35,803 nucleotides of DNA, from the IMG/VR virus record IMGVR_UViG_2548876858_000018, one strand, 5' to 3'. This document shows, piece by piece, positions 1 to 9,052 of the stretch. The notes under the pieces are model-generated. The model searched no databases, was not told where the DNA came from, and saw nothing but the letters and a program-made list of their open reading frames with translations. The position numbers were made by a program, and so were the translations under genes. This stretch comes from a virus. Its lineage: Duplodnaviria; Heunggongvirae; Uroviricota; Caudoviricetes. Positions within the stretch are counted from its first letter, which is position 1, and every line of letters starts with the position of its first letter.

Positions 1-1032
1 TTATTTACCTTGAGAATCTATAGGTAAGATCCCCTTAAAAATCAAAAAATCTGGATCGTAAGCATAATTGGCTAAAAAATCACCGTTATTGGCAGTTGCT
101 TGGAAAATAATTGTATTTTGATCAATTAGCATGTACAGAGATATCAATATATCTCGTAATCCACGAAGCATTTCTTTTATTTCTTTTTCATCTGAAAATG
201 ATGTTTCTATTCCTAAGTTTGATATCGGATCAAAAATCTCAAATTTGTTGACTTCTCTTTCATAATTAACTCCTAGTTCTCTACACAGCCATACCACTTG
301 TGCTTCAATGTTCTCTAAATTAGATATGTTAACTTGTTTTGGGTAAAGCTGATTGTATCTTGCTATTTCATGCCCAATGCTGTTATATATATTTTCTAAT
401 TTTTCAAGGAATGATTTATCAACTTCATTATTATATCCAGTAGAGATTGAGGATTTTGTGAATATTTTTTTATATAATGAGTAGGTATGATCTACAGATA
501 GTTTAATTGTGTCTTTTTCGAAAGTTGTATTATCTCGACGAGAAAGGGTAAATGACGGTAACGTTTTAAACATATCCGAATAATTCTTGAGGTGAGCGTA
601 GTAAGCATCACTGCGGTTTTTCTCAGTCACTAGATCTATCTGTTGCTGTGTTTTCCTAATTTGATTTTCCGTTTGTATTGTTCTGTGAATGTTAGCGACT
701 ATAGCTACAAAGGGTATCGAAAGGGAAAGAAGAGCGATAGGCAACTTGCTTATTTCAATGAAGTTTGAAAATCCATCAGCATCAAATTGAGGAGAGTGTC
801 CCATCCATGAGAATATACCGAAGTATAAGGATGAGATAATAGGTATTCTGATGGATTGTTTAAATAAATTTTGTTTTGTTAGCCTTTCCTCAGTCATTTC
901 GAAATAATTATTATTTTTGTTTTTTGTGTATTCAATAAATAGATATATTAAATAAAAAATTATAAGGAAAGTAGATATTTCTGGTTTTTTTATATAGCTA
1001 ATTACGAATTCTTGAGTCATGGTGTGGTCCAT
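1..1032 (-). CDS. Hypothetical membrane-anchored protein (about 3 predicted N-terminal TM helices, about 220-aa soluble C-terminal domain); AT-rich cargo gene next to int
   Basis: 343-aa ORF with stop at 1-3; start overlaps int 3' end by 16 bp; hydrophobic stretches ISTFLIIFYLIYLFIEY, IPIISSLYFGIFSWMGH, LPIALLSLSIPFVAIVANI; strongly AT-rich versus phage backbone; family not recognised. Confidence 0.55.
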   Translation of the reverse strand: MDHTMTQEFVISYIKKPEISTFLIIFYLIYLFIEYTKNKNNNYFEMTEERLTKQNLFKQSIRIPIISSLYFGIFSWMGHSPQFDADGFSNFIEISKLPIALLSLSIPFVAIVANIHRTIQTENQIRKTQQQIDLVTEKNRSDAYYAHLKNYSDMFKTLPSFTLSRRDNTTFEKDTIKLSVDHTYSLYKKIFTKSSISTGYNNEVDKSFLEKLENIYNSIGHEIARYNQLYPKQVNISNLENIEAQVVWLCRELGVNYEREVNKFEIFDPISNLGIETSFSDEKEIKEMLRGLRDILISLYMLIDQNTIIFQATANNGDFLANYAYDPDFLIFKGILPIDSQGK

Positions 1033-2045
1033 TTTAATCTATATAAAGGGTTTTTTGATACTGCATCCTCTAAATGATCAGGTGCAAAATGTGCATAAAC
1101 CATAGTCATTTTTATATCCGAGTGACCAAGGATGTCGCGCAACACGAGTATGTTTCCGCCGTTCATCATAAAATGGCTAGCGAATGTATGGCGCAGTACG
1201 TGGGTGCATTGGCCCTCCGGTAGATCTATACCTGCCCGTTTTACTGCTCGTTCAAAGGCTTTTCTACATGGTGAGAATAACTTCCCTCTGTTCTTTGGGA
1301 GTTCGTCATACAGCTCCTGTGATATGGGTACTGTTCTGTTTTTCTTGCCTTTGGTCTTTGTATAAGTAATTCGGTATTTCGATATTTGGTGGCCCTGTAG
1401 GTTTTCTGCTTCACTCCATCGCGCACCAGTAGCCAGGCATATTTTTGCAATCATTAGTAGGCTGGTGTTTTGAGATTCGGCGCAGGCATTAAGCAGGCGT
1501 TTGATTTCGTCCGTGGAAAGAAAAGCCAATTCACCTTCAGCAATTTTGAAGGTTGGAAGCCCTGCCAGTGGGTTTGGTGCGGACCAGTGCCCTAGTTTTT
1601 TCAATGTACCGAACACCGATGACAGATTGCGTTGTTCAAGGTTTACCGTGCGGGGCTTAACCGGTGACATGAGCACGCCATCTTCGTTTTTGATCTCACC
1701 TTTTAATCTGGCTTCCCGGTACTTTGTGAAATCACCTGCTGTCAATTCAGAAGCGATGGGATCGCCAAGCCCATTACAAATGATTTTTAGCTTAGCCATT
1801 AATCGCTTAGGGTCAGCGAGTGTCTGACCGTACAGGGAATACCATTGCTCAATCACTTCTGACAGTGGTCGCCGATCTTCCTTTTCTCCCAGCCAAGGTT
1901 TCTTGTTTACCTCATCCATGGTGAAATTCTCAAACGCAATGGCTTCGCCTTTCGTCGCAAATTGTTTGCGTACGCGTTTGCCATCTCTCCCGTTTGGGTA
2001 GCATTCACATAACCACTTTCCGTTCGGCTGTTTTCTGATCGTCAT
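1017..2045 (-). CDS. int: Tyrosine-type site-specific integrase, P2/186 family
   Basis: 342 aa; N-terminal resemblance to P2 Int (R/KxxxxGxxxxxxxPxGRxGKRxRxxFxxKxEAxAFExxT) and C-terminal catalytic region HxLRHTFASHF...VYAHF. Confidence 0.9.
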   Translation of the reverse strand: MTIRKQPNGKWLCECYPNGRDGKRVRKQFATKGEAIAFENFTMDEVNKKPWLGEKEDRRPLSEVIEQWYSLYGQTLADPKRLMAKLKIICNGLGDPIASELTAGDFTKYREARLKGEIKNEDGVLMSPVKPRTVNLEQRNLSSVFGTLKKLGHWSAPNPLAGLPTFKIAEGELAFLSTDEIKRLLNACAESQNTSLLMIAKICLATGARWSEAENLQGHQISKYRITYTKTKGKKNRTVPISQELYDELPKNRGKLFSPCRKAFERAVKRAGIDLPEGQCTHVLRHTFASHFMMNGGNILVLRDILGHSDIKMTMVYAHFAPDHLEDAVSKNPLYRLKWTTP

Positions 2046-2047
2046 GA

Positions 2048-2686
2048 TTAGATGCTCTTAATCACTTTTACCACACGCCCTACAACGTCTACGTCATCAA
2101 CTGCACATTCAAAGGTTGTTTCTTCCTGATGAACAACAAGCTTATTTCCGGGAATTCGAGCTACTTTTACGATGCTTTTCACTCCATCAATATCAACAAG
2201 CCAGGAGCCATTACTGATCTGTTTTACAGATACATCAACAATAAAACTTTCTGTTGTCGTTTGTATGAATAGATAGTTTGACGAGTCGCCCTCAACCAAC
2301 CTGCTATCTAATAAAATTTCGTCATATGATTGAAGTTCACCATTTCTTAACTCTGTGTATTTGATACTGGGAGCTACGATTTTAGAAAGTGGTCTAATCG
2401 TGACGTCATTATCATTTTTGAGAATGTTTACGTCACTGTTATCTGCATACATATCACCCTGTCCGGTTGCCAACCAAAGAAGCGAGATCCCGGTTTCTAG
2501 TGCACATTGAATTACCCATTCTGCTGGAAAACTATCTCTTAAGTATCTGTTTGCCATGGTGCTTTTTGATACTTTTAAGTGTTCGCAGAGTTGTTGGCGT
2601 GAGCTGAAATTGTAGGCTTTTATCAGCCTGTTGATGGCATCACGACCCCCACTATCGTTTCCACCCTTGATTAGACTCATAATCAA
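2048..2686 (-). CDS. cI: 186-type CI immunity repressor
   Basis: 212 aa; divergent from early operon; motifs CALETG..L.WL.TG.G, LWLVDI.G..SI, PG.KL...FEC..DD..GRVV match 186 CI pattern as I recall it. Confidence 0.75.
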   Translation of the reverse strand: MIMSLIKGGNDSGGRDAINRLIKAYNFSSRQQLCEHLKVSKSTMANRYLRDSFPAEWVIQCALETGISLLWLATGQGDMYADNSDVNILKNDNDVTIRPLSKIVAPSIKYTELRNGELQSYDEILLDSRLVEGDSSNYLFIQTTTESFIVDVSVKQISNGSWLVDIDGVKSIVKVARIPGNKLVVHQEETTFECAVDDVDVVGRVVKVIKSI

Positions 2687-2691
2687 ACCCC

Positions 2692-2720
2692 TTGACGTAT
2701 ATAAAATGCGATCTTAATAT
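2692..2720 (+). promoter_or_regulatory. Sigma70-like early lytic promoter (pR-like): TTGACG - 17 bp - TAATAT
   Basis: Near-consensus -35/-10 with 17-bp spacer immediately upstream of apl/cII operon and adjacent to the divergent cI start. Confidence 0.5.
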
Positions 2721-2796
2721 CCATTCATGGTTTGAAAAGCAAAACCAAACCACATAAAACGAGATGAGACGATTACAAACTAAGAGATACTGCACT

Positions 2797-3045
2797 ATGA
2801 GCAACGACATTTCAATTCGTGTACCAAAAGTGATGGCGACACCAGCTGAGTTCGCGGAATGGGAAGGCTACTCTCGCGGTTCGGTATATCAAATGATTCA
2901 TAATGGTAAGCTCGCTAAGTTTTTAGAAAAAAAGGAAAAACCGAAAGACAGAGTATGTATACGTTACCTTGAGTACAAAAAGGAACAAGTCAGGAAAAAC
3001 ATGGGCCAATCCAATTTCAACTTTAATGTCATCGTTGGTGGTTAA
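2797..3045 (+). CDS. Apl/Cox-like excisionase-regulator (small HTH protein); start uncertain (2764 or 2797)
   Basis: First gene of rightward early operon, position equivalent to 186 apl / P2 cox; small basic protein. Confidence 0.5.
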   Translation: MSNDISIRVPKVMATPAEFAEWEGYSRGSVYQMIHNGKLAKFLEKKEKPKDRVCIRYLEYKKEQVRKNMGQSNFNFNVIVGG

Positions 3046-3077
3046 GTTCAATTATGAGAACTTTCTAAGGGGGCAGC

Positions 3078-3587
3078 ATGTTTGATTACAAGATTTCCAA
3101 ACATCCGCATTTTGATGAAGCCTGTAGAGCTTTTGCACTACGCCACAATATGGCGAAGCTGGCAGAACGTGCAGGAATGAATGTTCAGACACTGCGAAAC
3201 AAACTCAACCCAGATCAACCGCATCAGCTCACAGCGCCAGAAATCTGGTTGCTTACCGATCTGACTGAAGATTCAACGCTGGTAGATGGCTTTCTGGCAC
3301 AGATTCACTGCCTACCATGTGTACCGATTAATGAGGTGGCAAAAGAGAAACTGCCACATTACGTCATGAGTGCAACCGCAGAGATCGGGCGTGTCGCGGC
3401 AGGTGCGGTATCTGGCGATGTAAAAACCTGTGCCGGTCGTCGTGATGCTATCAGCAGCATTAACTCTGTAACACGACTGATGGCGCTGGCGGCTGTTTCA
3501 TTGCAGGGCCGTTTACAGGCTAATCCTGCGATGGCGAGTGCAGTTGATACCGTGACTGGCCTCGGTGCTTCATTCGGATTGCTGTGA
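3078..3587 (+). CDS. cII: 186-type CII lysogeny-establishment activator
   Basis: 169 aa, same length and N-terminus (MFDYKISKHPHFDEACRAFALRHNMAKLAE...) as phage 186 CII as recalled; RBS GGGGG upstream. Confidence 0.85.
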   Translation: MFDYKISKHPHFDEACRAFALRHNMAKLAERAGMNVQTLRNKLNPDQPHQLTAPEIWLLTDLTEDSTLVDGFLAQIHCLPCVPINEVAKEKLPHYVMSATAEIGRVAAGAVSGDVKTCAGRRDAISSINSVTRLMALAAVSLQGRLQANPAMASAVDTVTGLGASFGLL

Positions 3588-3594
3588 GGTGCTT

Positions 3595-3891
3595 ATGCTG
3601 ACGAAAGAACCATCATTTGCATCGCTGCTGGTAAAACAAAGTCCGGCAATGCACTACGGTCACGGCTGGATCATGGGTGAGGATGGTAAACGCTGGCATC
3701 CATGTCATTCACAAGATGAATTGCTGTCTGAATTGACCACGAGGAAACGGAGAAAGTCAAAATGTATGCAGCGGAAAGTGAAGTGGTTTATCAGTTTCGT
3801 TACAGAGGGGAGAGTTATTCAGTACCTGAAGATGATTTGCTGTGTTGTTATCCGTCGTTGTCTGGCGATGGCAGTTACTTTTTCACGCTAA
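3595..3891 (+). CDS. Hypothetical early protein (Fil-like position); 3' portion overlaps next ORF and may be non-coding
   Basis: ORF in frame from ATG 3595; C-terminal third is Cys-rich and overlaps 3762-3986 in another frame. Confidence 0.35.
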   Translation: MLTKEPSFASLLVKQSPAMHYGHGWIMGEDGKRWHPCHSQDELLSELTTRKRRKSKCMQRKVKWFISFVTEGRVIQYLKMICCVVIRRCLAMAVTFSR

Positions 3892-3986
3892 ATGATGGGA
3901 CGTTTTTACGGGGAGAGCAGGTTAAAGAGACGATACGAAAAAATGTATCACCTCTTGAACGTTACCGTAAGAACAAAGAACGATAG
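3762..3986 (+). CDS. Hypothetical early protein (74 aa)
   Basis: ORF with protein-like composition in early operon. Confidence 0.45.
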   Translation: MYAAESEVVYQFRYRGESYSVPEDDLLCCYPSLSGDGSYFFTLNDGTFLRGEQVKETIRKNVSPLERYRKNKER

Positions 3987-4008
3987 TTGCGTTTTGGGGA
4001 TATGAATT

Positions 4009-4350
4009 ATGGCAATTAATGGCGCTGCGGCGACTGTTCCATTAAGCCCCGGTGAACGCCTGAATGGACTTAATCACATTGCGGAGTTAAGGGCGAAAGT
4101 TTTTGGTCTGAATATTGAGTCAGAGCTTGAGCGGTTTATTAAAGATATGCGTGATTCACGGGATATTAATAGCGAACAAAATAAACGGGCACTGGCTGCC
4201 ATATTCTTTATAGCAAAAATTCCAGCTGAACGTCATAGCATCAGCATTAATGAGCTGACCACTGACGAAAAGCGGGAGTTGATTAAAGTAATGAATCATC
4301 TTCGTGCAGTGGTGAGCTTATTTCCCAGACGGCTAGCCATGCCGAATTAA
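4009..4350 (+). CDS. Hypothetical early protein (113 aa)
   Basis: ORF in early operon, same strand, tight spacing. Confidence 0.55.
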   Translation: MAINGAAATVPLSPGERLNGLNHIAELRAKVFGLNIESELERFIKDMRDSRDINSEQNKRALAAIFFIAKIPAERHSISINELTTDEKRELIKVMNHLRAVVSLFPRRLAMPN

Positions 4351-4411
4351 CCAATTAATGAAATTCATGGCGTAAACCCGCCGGGCATTCCTTTATCTAA
4401 ATTCAGGAGAA

Positions 4412-4651
4412 TTGATTATGCGTAATATTGAAACCCTCTCGACTAAAACCGGACCGGATGACGCAGGACTTAATATTTTACTGACAGAGGCTCGTCTGGA
4501 AGAACGTCGGGCAAGAACTGAAGCAATGGCAGCTCGCCTTGATAGCCTTGCGTGCCATATCACATCCCGCCAGCTAAACCACGTTGAAGCGGCTGAACTG
4601 CTGCGTGTGGCAGCTGAAGCAATCCAGAACGAAGCGCAGGAGATCCACTAA
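4412..4651 (+). CDS. Hypothetical early protein (79 aa)
   Basis: ORF preceded by AGGAG RBS at 4397-4401. Confidence 0.5.
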   Translation: MIMRNIETLSTKTGPDDAGLNILLTEARLEERRARTEAMAARLDSLACHITSRQLNHVEAAELLRVAAEAIQNEAQEIH

Positions 4652-4878
4652 TGGCTGATGCAATGGATCTCGTACAGCAGCGCGTTGAAGAAGAACGCCA
4701 GCGTCATATCCGTGCTGCCCGTGCCAAAACGCCGGGCGTGTCCCGCGTGCTTTGCATTGAGTGTGAAGCGCCAATTCCGCCAGCACGCCGCCGTGCCATT
4801 CCAGGTGTGCAGCTTTGCATTACCTGTCAGGAAATCGCAGAGCTGAAAGGCAAACATTACAACGGAGGTGCTGTATGA
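4651..4878 (+). CDS. TraR/DksA-family C4 zinc-finger protein
   Basis: 75 aa; CIECEAP...(17)...CITCQ zinc-finger spacing; common upstream of gene A in P2-like phages. Confidence 0.7.
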   Translation: MADAMDLVQQRVEEERQRHIRAARAKTPGVSRVLCIECEAPIPPARRRAIPGVQLCITCQEIAELKGKHYNGGAV

Positions 4879-5732
4879 GCACCATCCTGAAATGGGCGGG
4901 AAATAAAACCGCCATTATGTCCGAACTGAAAAAGCATCTTCCTGCTGGCCCGCGACTGGTTGAACCTTTCGCGGGTTCCTGTGCTGTGATGATGGAGACG
5001 GAGTACCCCAGCTATCTTGTTGCGGATATTAATCCTGATTTAATCAACCTCTATAAAAAGGTTGCTGCTGATTGTGAATCGTTTATATCTCGCGCCAGAG
5101 TTTTATTTGAGATCGCAAACAGGGAGGTGGCTTATTACAACATAAGGCAGGAGTTTAATTACTCAACTGAAATTACTGATTTCATGAAAGCGGTATATTT
5201 CCTGTATCTCAATCGTCACGGTTACCGTGGTTTATGTCGCTATAACAAGAGCGGGCATTTCAACATTCCCTACGGTAATTATAAAAATCCGTATTTCCCT
5301 GAAAAAGAAATTCGCGCATTTGCAGAAAAAGCCCAGCGAGCAATGTTTATCTGCGCCAGCTTTGATGAAACGCTGGCGATGTTGAAGGCGGGGGATGTGG
5401 TGTATTGCGATCCGCCGTATGACGGTACGTTTTCCGGCTATCACACTGATGGTTTCACTGAAGATGACCAGTATCACCTGGCATCCGTTCTTGAACATCG
5501 GTCATCAGAAGGACATCCGGTCATTGTTTCTAACAGTGACACATCCCTGATCCGTTCGCTGTATCGCAATTTTACTCACCACTATATCAAGGTAAAACGC
5601 AGCATCGGTGTGGCAGCTGGCGAGGGTAAATCAGCAACAGAAATCATTGCTGTTTCCGGGCCGCGCTGCTGGGTGGGATTTGATTATTCGCGTGGCGTGG
5701 ATAGTTCTGCCGTGTACGGAGTACGTGCATGA
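4875..5732 (+). CDS. dam: DNA adenine methyltransferase (Dam-like, GATC N6-A class)
   Basis: ATG at 4875 ([11 protein letters not shown]...); motifs [26 protein letters not shown] shared with E. coli Dam. Confidence 0.85.
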   Translation: MSTILKWAGNKTAIMSELKKHLPAGPRLVEPFAGSCAVMMETEYPSYLVADINPDLINLYKKVAADCESFISRARVLFEIANREVAYYNIRQEFNYSTEITDFMKAVYFLYLNRHGYRGLCRYNKSGHFNIPYGNYKNPYFPEKEIRAFAEKAQRAMFICASFDETLAMLKAGDVVYCDPPYDGTFSGYHTDGFTEDDQYHLASVLEHRSSEGHPVIVSNSDTSLIRSLYRNFTHHYIKVKRSIGVAAGEGKSATEIIAVSGPRCWVGFDYSRGVDSSAVYGVRA

Positions 5733-8143
5733 GCCATGCCGATATGAACAACTGCTGCGGCTTTAACGAGGCTGCCGCAGCGTTCTCATGGAACAGCCCG
5801 AAAAAGGCCATTAACCCTTATCTGGACCCGGCGGAAGTTGCGCCGGTTTCTGCGCTTTCAAACCTGATCACTCTGTACGCTGCCGATAACGAGCAGGAAC
5901 AGCTGCGCCGCGAGGCACTGAGTGATCAGGTCTGGGAGCGTTATTTCTTTAATGAATCCCGTGATCCTGTCCAACGCGAAATGGAGCAGGATAAGCTCAT
6001 TAGCCGGGCAAAGCTGGCGCATGAGCAGCAGCGTTTTAATCCAGACATGGTCATTCTGGCGGACGTTAACGCCCAGCCTTCCCATATCAGCAAGCCGCTG
6101 ATGCAACGTATTGAATACTTCAGCAGCCTGGGCAGGCCAAAGGCTTATTCCCGCTATTTGCGTGAGACGATTAAGCCATGTCTGGAACGACTGGAGCATG
6201 TACGCGACTGTCAGCTATCCACTTCTTTTCGCTTTATGGCAAGCCATGAAGGGCTGGACGGCCTGCTGATCCTGCCTGAAATGAGTCAGGATCAGGTGAA
6301 GCGCCTGTCTACCCTTGTCGCCGCGCATATGAGCATGTGCCTTGATGCAGCTTGTGGTGATTTGTATGCCACCGATGACATTAAGCCAGAAGAAATCCGC
6401 AAAACATGGGAAAAGGTGGCAGCGGAAACCCTGCGTCTGGATGTTATCCCGCCTGCGTTTGAGCAACTCCGTCGGAAAAGAAACCGCCGTAAACCCGTGC
6501 CTTATGAACTCATTCCGGGTTCGCTGGCGCGTATGTTATGCGCCGACTGGTGGTATCGGAAATTATGGAAGATGCGTTGCGAATGGCGGGAAGAGCAGTT
6601 GCGTGCTGTTTGCCTGGTCAGCAAAAAAGCATCTCCCTATGTCAGCTATGAAGCCGTGATGCATAAACGTGAGCAGCGCCGTAAGTCGCTGGAGTTTTTC
6701 CGTTCTCATGAACTGGTGAACGAAGACGGCGACACGCTGGATATGGAAGACGTGGTAAACGCCAGCAGCAGCAACCCTGCACATCGCCGCAATGAGATGA
6801 TGGCCTGTGTTAAAGGTCTGGAGCTTATCGCGGAAATGCGCGGTGACAGCGCCGTTTTCTACACCATCACCTGTCCGTCACGTTTCCATTCCACGCTAAA
6901 TAACGGCAGGCCCAACCCGACCTGGACAAATGCGACGGTAAGACAAAGCAGTGATTATCTGGTCGGTATGTTTGCTGCATTTCGTAAGGCGATGCACAAA
7001 GCCGGATTACGCTGGTATGGCGTGCGGGTGGCTGAGCCGCATCATGACGGTACAGTTCACTGGCACCTGTTGTGTTTTATGCGCAAAAAAGATCGCCGCG
7101 CCATTACTGCTTTGTTGCGTAAGTTTGCCATTCGTGAAGACCGCGAGGAGCTGGGTAATAACACGGAACCACGCTTTAAGTCTGAGCTGATAAACCCGCG
7201 CAAAGGTACGCCAACAAGCTACATCGCGAAATACATCAGTAAGAACATTGACGGGCGTGGTCTGGCTGGCGAGATCAGCAAGGAAACGGGTAAATCCCTG
7301 CGTGATAACGCTGAATACGTTAATGCCTGGGCGTCTCTGCATCGTGTTCAGCAATTCCGCTTCTTTGGCATTCCGGGGCGTCAGGCTTACCGTGAACTGC
7401 GATTGCTGGCTGGTCAGGCGGCAAGGCAACAGGGGGGCAAAAAAGCAAGTGCGCCGGTACTGGATAACCCGCGCCTTGATGCCATCCTGGCCGCTGCTGA
7501 TGCTGGTTGTTTTGCCACCTACATCATGAAGCAGGGCGGCGTACTGGTTCCCCGCAAATATCACCTCATCAGAACCGCTTATGAAATCAACGAAGAGCCG
7601 ACCGCCTATGGCGATCACGGTATTCGTATTTATGGCATCTGGTCACCCATTGCAGAGGGCAAGATCTGCACTCATGCGGTGAAGTGGAAAATGGTTCGTA
7701 AGGCCGTTGACATTCAGGAGGCGGCAGCCGACCAGGGCGCTTGCGCCCCTTGGACTCGTGGCAATAACTGTCCCCTTGCTGAAAATTTGAACCAACAAGG
7801 GAAAGACAAATCAGCTTATGGGGATACCAGAACGGACATTACCCGCATGGATGACAAGGAGTTGCACGATTACCTGCACAGTATGAGCAAAAAAGAGCGC
7901 CGGGAACTGGCTGCAAGGTTACGCCTGGTGAAACCGAAACGGCGTAAAGACTACAAACAGCGAATTACAGACCATCAGCGACAGCAGCTCGTCTATGAGC
8001 TGAAGTCCAGAGGATTTGATGGCAGCGAGAAAGAGGTCGGTTTACTCCTTCGCGGCGGCAGTATTCCGTCAGGAGCAGGCCTGCGTATCTTCTATCGGAA
8101 CCAGCGTTTGCAGGAAGATGATAAGTGGCGGGATCTGTATTAA
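5729..8143 (+). CDS. A: Replication initiation endonuclease (P2 gpA family, rolling-circle initiator)
   Basis: 804 aa; HxH-type motif GTVHWHLL; position and size as P2/186 gene A; start overlaps dam stop. Confidence 0.9.
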   Translation: MSHADMNNCCGFNEAAAAFSWNSPKKAINPYLDPAEVAPVSALSNLITLYAADNEQEQLRREALSDQVWERYFFNESRDPVQREMEQDKLISRAKLAHEQQRFNPDMVILADVNAQPSHISKPLMQRIEYFSSLGRPKAYSRYLRETIKPCLERLEHVRDCQLSTSFRFMASHEGLDGLLILPEMSQDQVKRLSTLVAAHMSMCLDAACGDLYATDDIKPEEIRKTWEKVAAETLRLDVIPPAFEQLRRKRNRRKPVPYELIPGSLARMLCADWWYRKLWKMRCEWREEQLRAVCLVSKKASPYVSYEAVMHKREQRRKSLEFFRSHELVNEDGDTLDMEDVVNASSSNPAHRRNEMMACVKGLELIAEMRGDSAVFYTITCPSRFHSTLNNGRPNPTWTNATVRQSSDYLVGMFAAFRKAMHKAGLRWYGVRVAEPHHDGTVHWHLLCFMRKKDRRAITALLRKFAIREDREELGNNTEPRFKSELINPRKGTPTSYIAKYISKNIDGRGLAGEISKETGKSLRDNAEYVNAWASLHRVQQFRFFGIPGRQAYRELRLLAGQAARQQGGKKASAPVLDNPRLDAILAAADAGCFATYIMKQGGVLVPRKYHLIRTAYEINEEPTAYGDHGIRIYGIWSPIAEGKICTHAVKWKMVRKAVDIQEAAADQGACAPWTRGNNCPLAENLNQQGKDKSAYGDTRTDITRMDDKELHDYLHSMSKKERRELAARLRLVKPKRRKDYKQRITDHQRQQLVYELKSRGFDGSEKEVGLLLRGGSIPSGAGLRIFYRNQRLQEDDKWRDLY

Positions 8144-8235
8144 TTACGCGGGTTAACAATTCGTGCTCTTAATAATACCAAGCATATCAGGCTGATGAAC
8201 GTAAAAAAACGTTTTACATCAGTAAGATTATTATA

Positions 8236-8255
8236 TACTGTAAATATAAACAGTG
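8236..8255 (+). promoter_or_regulatory. LexA box (SOS operator) tACTGTaaatataaACAGtg overlapping a putative promoter
   Basis: Perfect CTGT-N8-ACAG with AT-rich centre, 40 bp upstream of ORF 8296; upstream TTTACA/TATACT elements. Confidence 0.6.
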
Positions 8256-8295
8256 GTTATGTATACAGTATTGCTTTGGTGTCATAGGAGGAAAG

Positions 8296-8484
8296 ATGCA
8301 GGACTATTTTTTGGAGTCTTTGAAGCTCCAGCGCATTGATTTTTTTCTTAAGCTTGTAGCGGCTAGTGAGTGTAGTGATGAAGAGAAGGGGCTGGCCCTG
8401 CAGTGGGTTTCTGAACTAACAGATGAACTCATGGCAAAAATCAGAACCCACGAATACAACCGCTCAATGGATGTCATCAGCTGA
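8296..8484 (+). CDS. Hypothetical small protein, possibly N-terminal part of a split Tum-like SOS antirepressor
   Basis: 62-aa ORF downstream of LexA box, RBS AGGAGG; immediately followed by DinI-like ORF. Confidence 0.4.
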   Translation: MQDYFLESLKLQRIDFFLKLVAASECSDEEKGLALQWVSELTDELMAKIRTHEYNRSMDVIS

Positions 8485-8494
8485 GGTGACTTTT

Positions 8495-8728
8495 ATGCGC
8501 ATTGAAATAATGATCGATAAAGAGCAGAAGATTAGCCAGTCTACCCTGGACGCTCTGGAGTCCGAGCTTTACCGCAACCTGCGCCCCCTGTATCCCAAAA
8601 CGGTAATTCGTATCCGCAAAGGTAGCTCTAACGGTGTGGAACTTACCGGACTGCAACTGGACGAAGAAAGAAAACAAGTGATGAAAATTATGCAGAAAGT
8701 GTGGGAAGACGACAGCTGGCTGCATTAA
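8495..8728 (+). CDS. DinI-like protein (Tum C-terminal-like)
   Basis: ATG 8495 (MRIEIMIDK...); resembles E. coli DinI (MRIEVTIAK..., C-terminal W-E-D-D-W motif). Confidence 0.75.
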   Translation: MRIEIMIDKEQKISQSTLDALESELYRNLRPLYPKTVIRIRKGSSNGVELTGLQLDEERKQVMKIMQKVWEDDSWLH

Positions 8729-8862
8729 GAAACGTTGCTGGCGTCTGAACTTGCTTCTGGCGTCAGCAAGGTTGAACAACGAGCCCTTGCGAGGCGTTAG
8801 CTCTGTAGTGCATGTCTATGCCGCATGAGATCGCATGATCGTTTGAGGATCGTTTTTGCTAA

Positions 8863-8888
8863 GGCCCGCCAGAACTGGCGGGCTTTTG
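8863..8888 (+). terminator. Rho-independent terminator ending early/SOS operon
   Basis: GGCCCGCCAG-aa-CTGGCGGGC stem followed by TTTTG. Confidence 0.55.
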
Positions 8889-8932
8889 CGTAGATCATGC
8901 AGGTGCATGAAAACCACTGCATAAAGCGGGCA

Positions 8933-8951
8933 GGCGTGGCGGGGATACGAG
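8933..8951. other. cos-like sequence (candidate cohesive-end site)
   Basis: GGCGTGGCGGGGA matches first 13 nt of the 186 cohesive end as I recall it (P2 is GGCGAGGCGGGGA...); remainder diverges. Confidence 0.35.
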
Positions 8952-9052
8952 CGCGCGCAACAGTGTAACAATCTGGATCTAATGTGATATAGTTACTGTA
9001 AATATTATTAACTATTCTTATATGCATTATTAAATATTTTAATGGAGCGTTT

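Noticed and set aside
8740-8775. Apparent repeat CTGGCGTC...CTGGCGTCAGC just after the DinI-like gene as a terminator
   Set aside because: The copies are direct rather than inverted, so they do not form a hairpin; the real terminator is at 8863-8888.
8797-9027. 76-aa minus-strand ORF between DinI-like gene and cargo gene
   Set aside because: Spans the terminator hairpin and cos-like sequence; no RBS; likely non-coding intergenic DNA.
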